Source: Vairimorpha necatrix
Lineage: Eukaryota
Reading direction: 5' to 3'
DNA length: 64,000 nucleotides
NCBI GenBank assembly: GCA_036630325.1
Contig: CP142728.1
Location: 496,001 to 560,000 of the forward strand
Shown here: piece after piece, positions 13,114 to 23,239 of the stretch
Layout of the letters: each line of letters begins with the position of its first letter
How positions within the stretch are numbered: position 1 is the stretch's first letter
Position numbers and translations under genes: made by a program
The notes under the pieces: model-generated
The model's database searches: none
What the model was told of the DNA's origin: nothing
The model's input: the letters and a program-made list of their open reading frames with translations, nothing else

Positions 13114-13767
13114 TTATAATAATTACAACTATTATACATATTTTTTTAATAAATAATACTTTTCTCTTTATAGTATTTTAGAACCTCTGAATTAATTACG
13201 CGCAGTAAAACAACGATCGTAGGTGTTTTAAACGAGAATTATGCTATAAATTTTAATTGAAATGTTTTTTAAGGCCATTGACGACAAATATATGTTTGGT
13301 TGTATTTGTATAATCGTTAGTTGAAAACTACCCAAGGGTTTATTGTATGAATTTATGATAGATAACTTTCATTTTACTTTTGACACTCAATTGTTTATAA
13401 ATCTAATCCTGTGTATGCAATTGATCGTGCAAATCAATGTATAACTAAGCTAGGACATGCGTAAATAAATAATATATTAATTATATCTTAAAATAATGCC
13501 ATTTAATTATTATCACAGACTACGAAGAAGTGAACTCTGAAAAAAATTACTAATTTTACAATAAATAATATTATAGAATAAAAACAAGTCATCTTTACAA
13601 AAAGATTGATTTTTCCACATATTTTTTCCTACACAGATTATTGTAGATATCTTTTAAGACATAGAATTCAGGCCGCTTACCATTTATACACAAATAAATA
13701 ATATTTATTTAACGATAAAATAAGATTTTTAAATAAAAAAGGAAAGTTGTTGATAATCAAAAATTTA

Positions 13768-14467
13768 TTAAGGAATAACCTTAAGAACTCTTTTGATCGG
13801 CCGTTTACCTAGAAATTCTATTTTAACATCATCAGGTATAAATGGTTTTACTGTTGTAGTAGTATAATATGGAGCAAATCTTCGACTGCTATAAGAAATT
13901 CCTTAGTATTTGCTTTGTTTAATGCAATATCTAGCTTAACGCGTTTGTTTGCGTTAAATAATTGTGTGATTCCTATGGCACATTTCCATCAAATTTTAAG
14001 TCAATGCTCTTAATTATCTAGTTTTTATACTTAACAATATCCTTATTAAAAAATTTTAATAAAAACTTATGGCCAAGATAAGCGAGAGATTCAATAAAAT
14101 ATGTTCCATATGATCATTCTGGAACATAAGGCTCTCCTAAATTAAAATTTTGCGTGTAATGTTCAAATTCTGAAAAAATCTTTAACGATCTGTTTATTTT
14201 TAGATAATAATCGTTTATTTTCTCTTTTTAATCTCAGGATGCTCAGTAATAATTATAAAATAATTTCTAGCTACCTTGTAATACTGATCAAGATAAATAT
14301 TAGAAAAGTCATTCTTGAAAAATCATCAGTGGTAGTTTCTTGAGAAACAAGTTTTGAGGAAATGTTTATTTCATTGTTGTTCTCGGTATTGTTCAATGTG
14401 TAAATATTGTTTTCATATGCACCAATTTCGGATCAGAGATGTACAACAAAATACGAAAAAAAATCAT
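13768..14467 (-). pseudogene. Family A paralog, disrupted
   Basis: Starts CCCCATG. C-terminus SSRRFAPYYTTTTVKPFIPDDVKIEFLG matches 20072-20803. In-frame TGA replaces the conserved Cys of the N-terminal CS motif; also frameshifted. Confidence 0.75.
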
Positions 14468-14987
14468 GGGGTTGAATCCACATTATTAAATTTATAATGC
14501 CTGAGTTTTTATGATTCAATGAAAAACAAAGAGAAAATTTTATGTAAACTAACAGTTTAAGCTATAACGCAAAAATAAAGCAGAATTTTACTATTTTCTT
14601 TGTTGTTTAAACAAACAAATTGTAGATTTAGAAGATAACTAAAAATTTATATATTTACTGTTATATATTTTGATAATTTTTACCCATCATTATGATAAAT
14701 AATTACATGGGGGCGATACCAAATCGAGAGTCAACAAGTGATGGCTGTGGTCAAGAGGCCCGAATAATGTTACAAGAAATCAAAAGAATAGTTTATAAGC
14801 TAGAGTTGGATGGATAGATGAGTCTATATGGAAGGCAAGAATTTATGAAATGGGTTCGGAAGAAGTAAAGAACTTTATGGTAGAAAGAATTATATAAGAA
14901 GATAATTGGTCCTTAATTATTAAAGAAATAGAAAAGGAGGTTAGAAAGGACGAATTAAAAAAGAAGGAAGAAGAAGACGAAAGTAAG

Positions 14988-16753
14988 ATGATGGAAATAA
15001 TTGCAGAGTCGGTTAGAGGAACAGTTCGAGAGGAGCTGGCAAATAGAGGAGCATTAGGAAAAATAAGGGAAGAAACTACGAGAGTAAGAAGTAGAGATTG
15101 TTTTTACTGTGGTAGATTCGGGTACATGGCAAGAGATTGCTTCGTAAGGAAGAGGAAAGAAGAAGATAATGAAAATAAACATTTTAACAAGTATTTGAGG
15201 GTTCATGAAGAGAGTGGATCTGCAAGCACAGAACTTAGAGCACAAGAATATAGGAAATGCGGAGAAGCAAAACGTAAACTAAATTTAAAAAGGAGAGGAA
15301 TGAGAGAGGATAGAATAGAGGGGGGTCTTGTCATTGAAGATATAAAAGCGAAGTTTAGAGAAATTTTTGACCCACGGCAGGAAGAGATCGTACACTGTAA
15401 GATAGAGAAATGTAAAATTGAGACGCCACCAGGGAAAAAAGTAGTTAAAAGAGGACAAACTATCCCACAGGCGTTGATGGAAAATACTGAAAAATATATA
15501 AAAGGTTTGGAAGAAAGAAAGATTATAAGAAGATCAACATCCGAGTGGAGGAACCCAATTAGAGCTATAGTAAAACCTAACGGAGGAGTAAGGCTTGTAA
15601 GTAATCTAATGAGTTTAAATGACTTAGTTGAAAAAGATCCGTATGAGTTGTCAAATATTAGGGACATCGTTAGAGCCACACAGGGGTCTAAATGGTTTAC
15701 CGTTATAGATCTGAAGGAAGGGTTTTACCACGTAGAGATTGAAGAAGAGGATAAGCACAAAACGGCCTTTGAATTTAACAGAAAGGTATATGAATGGAAT
15801 AGTATGGTAATGGGATATAAAAATTCCCCGCAGATATTACAACGAATAATGAACCAAATATTTGAAGATTTACAAGGAGAAGGGGTGGAGGTATATATGG
15901 ACGACATCGTTATACACGCTAGAACTAAAAGAAGGCATGACAAGCTAGTTATAGAAGCATTGGAAAGATTAAAAAGACATAAAATGAGATTGAATATTGA
16001 GAAGATACAGTTTAGCCAACAGTTAGTTAAGCTCTTAGGAGTCACATTGAATGGTACAGATATTGAAGCGAATGAAATAAAGAAGAACGAGGCGTCGGAA
16101 TTCCCGCAGCCGACAAGTGTAAGTGAAACACGAAGATTCCTAGGAATGACAGGATGGTTTAGGAACTTTATAAAGAATTACGCGGGATTAACTATTCATC
16201 TGACAGATAGCTTGAGAGGTAAAGATAAGAAGTGGGAATGGACGATTGAAATGAATAGAGATTTTTAGAGTTGAAAGAAGTTTTGAGAGCGATGGGGAAA
16301 CTTAGATTGCCTGATTATAGGAAGGAATTTATATTGAGAACGGACGCGAGCAATGTAGGGATAGGAGCCGTATTACTTCGGAAGAACGATAAAGATAAAT
16401 GGGTAGCAATCCAATGGAGTTCAAAAAAGTTAACTCCTACAGAGACCAGATATACTATATCGGAGAAAGAAATGTACGCGGTATTTTGGGGGATAAAAAG
16501 ATTTGAATACGAGTTGCGCGGTAGGAAGTTTAAAATCGAGACGGACCATAAAGCCTTGAATGAGATTAGAAAAAAGCCGTGTTTTAATAACAATAGAATA
16601 AATAGACGGATTGAAAAGATCCAGGAATTTGACTTCACCATAGCATATAAAAAACCAGAGGAAATGGTGGTGGCTGACGCGTTAAGCAGGATACATATGG
16701 AAGACGATGAAAAGAAAAAGAAAATCAGAGAAAGGACCGCCAAGCAGATATAG
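14988..16753 (+). pseudogene. Gag-RT-RNaseH portion of gypsy element 1 (frameshift near 16268)
   Basis: CFYCGRFGYMARDC knuckle; RT motifs IDLKEGFYH, MGYKNSP and YMDD; RNase H motifs LRTDAS, EKEMYA, TDHKAL and ADALSR. Confidence 0.9.
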
Positions 16754-17046
16754 GGTAAATGGAAAGCGCACGTCGATGACGCAGAAGAAAAAAAATATTT
16801 GAGATTTGATTCGGGGCGGAAAGTCGAGATACCACCAGAAGAGTCAAGGGAAAGTATGATGCAGGAATACCACTAAAAAGTTGGACATATATGTATGACA
16901 AGTGTATATTACGCGATGCGGGAAAGATTTTATTGGCCTGGAATAAAGAAAGACATAAATGAGACAATTCGAAAGTGTGTACAATGTCAAATATATAATA
17001 GAAAAAGACTTGGTGGATGTGAGTTTGTAGACACTACACGTTATTT

Positions 17047-18158
17047 GGTGCATCTTTAGTAACGTGCCGGAAGGTAACACCCCCCCTTACAGACAAAAAT
17101 TTAACAAAATTTTGAAAAAAAATAAGAAAACGATATAAAAATGCTTATTTAATTCAGTAGTTTAGATAAAAGATCAACAAAACCCTTATAGAAGTCTCCC
17201 ATATCATCTTCTCGAAGCATAAATTTCCTATACATAAATTCATCGAGCCATGTATCTATCTCCGACCGTTTTACTCCATGTTCTTTGGTCATTTCAGACT
17301 TAAGTTGAGACCATACGTTCTCAATATTATTTGTATGAATACCATCAGGAGATAAAAAACCTATAGAATGATTAACAACTTGATGACTTAGACATAAATT
17401 TTCTGCCACCCCAGGATAACTAGGATGACCATCGCTATGTAAAACCGAACCTACACAAATTCTTCCCTCTAGAGCAGCAGTAAGGCACTCAATGGTTCTA
17501 TTCTCTACCCTCGTAATGTAGAAGTTTGAAGGATTTTGAGCATCTATTATGCCCAAAATCCAAACGGTGTCCCTTATAAAGTCGTCCGAAGAGGTAGGAG
17601 ATCTTATTTTACCCCTTCTGCATATAACAGACTCATCTACTTGAACGACTTGCCCGGGTCCTCCGATTATAATTCTATTCTTTAGCAAATCTTTATAGAT
17701 CTTTCTGAGGCTGCTTTTTACGGCAGAGATTGTAGCTGTTGAAACGCCCAATCTTGCCATCAACTGAAAGTAAGAATATCTGCATAATATTCCAAATACA
17801 AGGTCACAGAATGTATGAAGAGGAACCTTGCAGCCTTTATTCACAACCAACCGCGCACTGCATTTGTAGTTCGAACAGCGATATGCTACTCTTGTAACGA
17901 TTTCTTCCTTGACAGGACCCAATCTCATGTTACATCCACATTTGGAACATGATTTTTGCTCCTTCAGCACTTCTAAGTCAATTAAAGCTTCTAAACAAGT
18001 GTCAACGTTATAAAAAAGCCTTTGTATATTCACAAGTTTAATTTTTGTGCTTTTCTTTAGTAACGTGCCGGAGTTTTCTAAATCGATGTTGTCCATTTTA
18101 GGGGTAAAAAAATATTTTTTAAAAAAACAAAATCCCGGCACGTTACTAAAGATGCACC
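17047..18158 (-). mobile_element. Merlin (IS1595/ISXO2-like) DNA transposon, apparently intact, nested in the gypsy integrase
   Basis: Perfect 24-bp TIR GGTGCATCTTTAGTAACGTGCCGG. 8-bp TSD CGTTATTT (17039-17046, 18159-18166). Removing the insertion restores integrase TTRYL-EKVALDL. Confidence 0.95.
17149..18096 (-). CDS. Merlin transposase (315 aa)
   Basis: ATG follows CCCCTAAA. Zn-ribbon CSKC...CSNYKC; GGPGQVVQVDES, WILG, LHSDGHPSY, VNHS and HTNNIENVWSQLK. Confidence 0.92.
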   Translation of the reverse strand: MDNIDLENSGTLLKKSTKIKLVNIQRLFYNVDTCLEALIDLEVLKEQKSCSKCGCNMRLGPVKEEIVTRVAYRCSNYKCSARLVVNKGCKVPLHTFCDLVFGILCRYSYFQLMARLGVSTATISAVKSSLRKIYKDLLKNRIIIGGPGQVVQVDESVICRRGKIRSPTSSDDFIRDTVWILGIIDAQNPSNFYITRVENRTIECLTAALEGRICVGSVLHSDGHPSYPGVAENLCLSHQVVNHSIGFLSPDGIHTNNIENVWSQLKSEMTKEHGVKRSEIDTWLDEFMYRKFMLREDDMGDFYKGFVDLLSKLLN

Positions 18159-18166
18159 CGTTATTT

Positions 18167-18881
18167 AGAAAAGGTTGCTTTGGATCTCATTGATTTTAGA
18201 GACGCAGGTAAATATGTATTGGTTGCGATAGATTATTTCACTCGAAGAGTATGGGGCACGGTAATGGAGAACAAAACTGGAATGAATGTGACAGAATTTT
18301 TAAGTAAGTTGTGTGAACAAGGAAAAAAGCCCGAAGAGATTATAACGGATAATGGGCGAGAATTTTATAATGAGGGGTTTAGAGAGTTGTGCAACAGACT
18401 AGAAATTAAACATAGGAAAGTAAGTGTCGAATCGCACAGGAGTAATGGCAGAGCTGAGAGGGTTATAGGTACGCTGCGAGAGAGCATTCTGAAGACCTAA
18501 GAAGGTACATTTGCAGAGAAGGTCATGGGAAGCATTGAAAAATATAATATGAGTTATTACACGGCACTAAAATGTACACCAATAGAAGCGACAGAGGATA
18601 AAACTGGACATGTAATGATTGAAAATAGCCCACAGGGGAAATATGGAAAACTGTTTAACGAGGGGAAACGGTAAAAATTTAAAGTAGGTGAGTACGTGAG
18701 AGTAGCTAAGAAGGAAAACTTGAAAGGTGCGGATAAATATTTGAAAGGTAGGTTTTTAGAGAGTGGGAAAGTTATAGAGAGATGTGGCAATGATTCTTAT
18801 ATAGTTAAGTTAGTAAATGGAAGATATATAAAGAAAAGGCACTATAATCTAAAAAGTCTGCTTGGGTTAAGGATAAAGTGA
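18167..18881 (+). pseudogene. Integrase core and C-terminus of gypsy element 1
   Basis: LDLID, IITDNGREF, SNGRAER; internal stops; homologous to 50892-51896. Confidence 0.88.
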
Positions 18882-20071
18882 CTAACCGTCTTGGAGGGGG
18901 GATGTTATATATTTTGATAATTTTTACCCATCATTATGATAAATAAATACATTTACTATACATCCATCATAGAGCCTCTGGCTAATTATTGTTTCCTTTA
19001 AATATAATCTTTTTGTAAATAATTATCATTCCTTCCAAACGTTTGGTCGCAAAATATAATTATTATTTTTGTTTTTAGACTTTGGGATTATCATATTTAC
19101 TCGTTGTATGCTACTGTACCGCTGTGTTTTATAATATTTATGTTTTTATATCGTATTTCAAACGGATTTGTGCCTTCGTCGTAAATTTTTACTTAATATT
19201 AATGAATTAGTTTGACTCATTCAGCCATCAGATTTTTCTTTAGAACATTCCCAAAAAAAGAAGACTTCTATTGTTGTGGTTGCTAAATGCAAAAGAATTA
19301 GTTACAAAAAAAAAGTGTTCATTACATGAGACATTTAATTATATTGTTGATTTTTTTTCGTTTTACTCAAATTAATATAAAACATAATATTTTGTAGAAA
19401 GCTACTCGATTAACAGTAGTTTTCATATTTCGATTTGGTTTATGCAATTCGTCTAAAAGTAATTTTCCATAAAAATGTGTATCTGCGGGGGAAAATATAT
19501 TTGTAATATACTAAATTTTACTAATTTCTTTTCCTATTTATAAATTAATTTTATTTCTTCAAATAAAAGGTTTACATGTAAATAAGTGTTTAAATTTTAA
19601 TATTTAATAATCAAATTTTTAGAAATGTTTTACCTTTGTCGATTCTTGAAAACAATATTTCGTCTTGCTGCGGTTCCATATTAGAGATTGCACGATCTGT
19701 GAACATATTCGTTGCTTAAATGTTGTTTATAATCAAGATTTTTAAGTCATCTTAATCATTTTAAAATGGATATATTTACACAATTCATTATGTATTCTAT
19801 CATATATATATTGTCTAGGGGTTGTTACTTCACAATATAACTTTACCTGTATATAATCACCCTTGTCTTGTCTTTACAAATTATAAACGACATTAGAAAA
19901 TATATATCATAAGAAAAAAAAATTTAAGAAATAATTTAACTAAAAACTATTAAAGAATCTGCTAAAGATGTATATTTTGTTTAAATAATCGTCGTCTAAA
20001 ATATTATTAAGTGATAAATTTTTTTCTAAACTATTTTATAATCTGTATATAAAAAACTAAAGAAAACTTTA

Positions 20072-20803
20072 TTATACTCCTACTACTCTAAGTGAAAACT
20101 TTTTCTTGGAATCCGAAGGGAGTTCTCCTATGTAGACCTTTTTAACATCATCTGGTATAAATGGCTTGACTGTAGTGGTTGAATAAAATACAACAAATCT
20201 TCGACTTCGTGATACGTATTCTTTATTGTTCAATTCGTGCAAGAATGTATATAGTTTATTGTATTTCTCTTGATTGAATAACTGTCTGATCGTGTTGGGA
20301 AAATTTTCATCAAAAAATAGTTGAATGCTATTGTAAATTTTTTGAAGAATATTTTCAGATTCTTTGCAATGTTTCATACTTAATAATCTTAAAATCAACT
20401 CATAACTATGATAAGCTAACGAATTGATAAAAGATAAATCATTTAAACGGTTAGAATCGTACGAAGTTCTTAGATAAATATGCCTCAAACAACGTTCAAA
20501 TTCCGATAATAATTTAGGCTTTATCATCACATTATTTTTAAATCTTAATTTTTCAATCTTTTTCTTAATTTCTGGATGCTTTATAATAGTCTTAAAGTAA
20601 TTACTTACTATTTTATAGTATTGATCAAGATCAATATTGGAATATTCCCCCTTTAAAGAATTTACAAAATTTAGGTCTTGAGATATATCTTTCCAATTAT
20701 CGATTTTTCCATCAATGTTGAAACTGTTTAATGCATTTATACTTTCCTCAGAACCATTTATTTCGGAACAAGATTGTAGTATGAAATGCGGAAAGGATAT
20801 CAT
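20072..20803 (-). CDS. Putative secreted protein, family A (RSRR cleavage site)
   Basis: Starts GCCCTTATG. Shares LSFI.SL.Y.SY, I.QLFN...YNK, RSxR and DDVKKV with 10179-10874. Confidence 0.8.
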   Translation of the reverse strand: MISFPHFILQSCSEINGSEESINALNSFNIDGKIDNWKDISQDLNFVNSLKGEYSNIDLDQYYKIVSNYFKTIIKHPEIKKKIEKLRFKNNVMIKPKLLSEFERCLRHIYLRTSYDSNRLNDLSFINSLAYHSYELILRLLSMKHCKESENILQKIYNSIQLFFDENFPNTIRQLFNQEKYNKLYTFLHELNNKEYVSRSRRFVVFYSTTTVKPFIPDDVKKVYIGELPSDSKKKFSLRVVGV

Positions 20804-21659
20804 AAGGGCAGGTGGAAATTTGTTTGATTTTTGAAATTAACACAGTAAAACGTAATATATTTAAACAATGTAGGTATTATGAAAGAGAAGATAATGAACG
20901 CAAAATACTAAAAAATGTTTATTTTAATGTATAATAATTTCTTAAGTGATGATGTGGATATGCGTAGTCGCTCCATCACCAGGCACAGAATAAATTGGAC
21001 ACGTCTATCCATCTGTAGTCTATATTTTATATATATCTCAGAAAAAGACGCTTAAACTACAATCTGAACAACATACAACAAATCATATAGAGAGAATTCT
21101 ACATAAAAGAGTTTTAAAGACTTAGACCAATTATACACGGCGAGTCATCTACGTATTTGTTACTGATATCAAATTTATCAAAAAAGTCTCACTTTATATC
21201 CGTTTTTTCATAAAAAAAAATGAAAATAGTATTTAACAAAAATGGCGAAGGAAACTTATTGTTAATGATAGTTAAATCATGTCTCATATATATAAATATT
21301 TGTTATTTTTTTGCTTTCGTTTTTCTCTTCGCCATATACACATCTACCTTAGCCAATCTCAACATCCTTCCAGTGGCTTGATCTAAAGAATTTCGCCCCG
21401 TCTTCGCCGCATAGACCAATGATATCTTATGATGTTTTTCTTTGGTTTTGAATTTGATATAATTTTCGTACTAAAAAAAGGCCTTTTAAATATTCTAAGG
21501 ATATGAAAAAATGTATCTTCCATGTTTTAACATATATTAGAATCCAATTAGTGATTAGTTTTTAAGTATTTAAAATTTTTTTATTTAAAAATAAAAAAAA
21601 ATGCCTTCTTTGGCATAATATGATATCTTACTTACTAATTACTTTATACAGGATACGCT

Positions 21660-22080
21660 TACAATTTCTTTTGACAGTTCCAGAGTTCCTTTTGTAATCC
21701 ACGCATTGGACTCATAAGTATCCCTTTCTGATCTAGATCAAGCTCATGTTTGACTGACATAGTAAGCCTTTCTAACGTCATTTTAAAAACTTTTGTTTGT
21801 ATGTATGCATTAGTTTTAAATTCTAATCGGAGCTCTTTGATATGCAAGCGGTGGAAATAAGTTACTATTCCTTCCCAAATCATCACTTTAGGTATAAATT
21901 TAGGTTTATATTTATATAAAAAGCCACATGATTTGCAAGCAAGTCGTATTTATGTTTCTTTTCTGTTTCTACCGCAGGAAGGTCGTTAAAGCTTTTATCA
22001 ACTTCAACAACGATCACTCTTTCCTCGACTTGTCAACAAATTGTATATCAGACTGGTTACACTTTATTTTTATACTGCAA
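21660..22080 (-). pseudogene. 3' fragment of a REL-endonuclease non-LTR retrotransposon
   Basis: KYDLLAN, IWEGIVTYFH and AYIQTKVFKMTLE match the C-terminal blocks of the relic at 23240-25025. Confidence 0.7.
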
Positions 22081-23239
22081 TGTAGCAGAAATATATAATA
22101 TTTTATGGTCAACCCCCTGAAATTAAAACTATATTTTTATAGATTAAAATCCAAGAAAATTCCAAAATATAAAGCCATAATATAATCCAAACAAATATAA
22201 TAACATGAAAAGTATACTTCCTTGTGTGTGCACATCTTAGGATAAACATAATTTGCAGATGTTTCAATGTTATTGGTTCTTTATTTATTTTAAACTGCAA
22301 TTTTTGAGAAAATAAAGCTTTTTTCTGCTCAAGAAATGTTCTTAAATGTTTGTTATATCTAATATTGAACTCATCGGCGTATATTTCTTAGCATTGGATT
22401 ATTGTTAAATTCTCTTTTTACATCTATCATTCATAATTGTAACTGTACTCTCAATATCTTATGATTACTTTTGTTTTATATTAATATATTCCCATTTATA
22501 TTGTGCTAGATAATTTTATTATTGTTTGTATTTAGATTGTCTTAAAGCTTTTTGGAGGAATATTATGACAACTACCACGTACTTGTCCTTTAATAAACTT
22601 ATGTAATTATTGTTTATATGGAAAAATTAAATCTCTAACAATATCATGATTTTTTAATAAGAAAAAAATATCAACCCTATACTTATTCTCTAAATTTTGA
22701 CTATTAGATGAATAATAATTCTTAACTGTCGATTTTTGAATATTATAGTTAATATATACATAACCATTTCGAGGTACACTTTTTGAAATATACTTTTGGA
22801 TAGTTATCAGTATTATATTTTTCAATGGTTCGCAAAATTTTTTCCAAATTGAATTATACTCAACAAAAATAGTTAATCAAGATCTGCTACCAAACAAACA
22901 TGAAAATAGTGGGAATAAAAAATGATTCCTAATGAAATATACGTATAAGTATACTAGACGCAATCCAAACAATCCCTTTTGTGAAAATTCGTTGTAAATT
23001 AGTTTATGAAATGTGAATATTTTTCAATTACATTTAATTTTTTTTTGTTGTAACTGAAAAATTTTTTATTTATATTAAGATAAAACACCCGCTAATAAAT
23101 ATAACACAGAAGTTAAATCTTGGTTTTTATTTCAGCATTTATAGAAGGTTTATACATATCTAAAGCAAGTTGTAATCGAACTAACTGATTTTTTATAAAG
23201 AAATGAAGTCTCTAATTTCTTTTAAAAAATTATTTTTAG

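Larger units (their letters stand above)
14659..18951 (+). mobile_element. Ty3/gypsy LTR retrotransposon 1 with 49-bp LTRs (interrupted by a Merlin element)
   Basis: LTRs 14659-14707 and 18903-18951 (TG...CA, 1 mismatch). TSD TTTAC. PBS-like TGGGGGCG. PPT GGAGGGGGGA. Domain order Gag knuckle-RT-RH-IN. Confidence 0.93.

Noticed and set aside
12299-13156. Short ORFs repeated at 52230-52895
   Set aside because: They start at TTG, mostly lie antisense within SINE copies, and their similarity only reflects repeat identity.
17047-18158. Bacterial IS1595 or contamination
   Set aside because: It is nested with a TSD in a eukaryotic gypsy element and uses the CCC start motif, which fits a eukaryotic Merlin.
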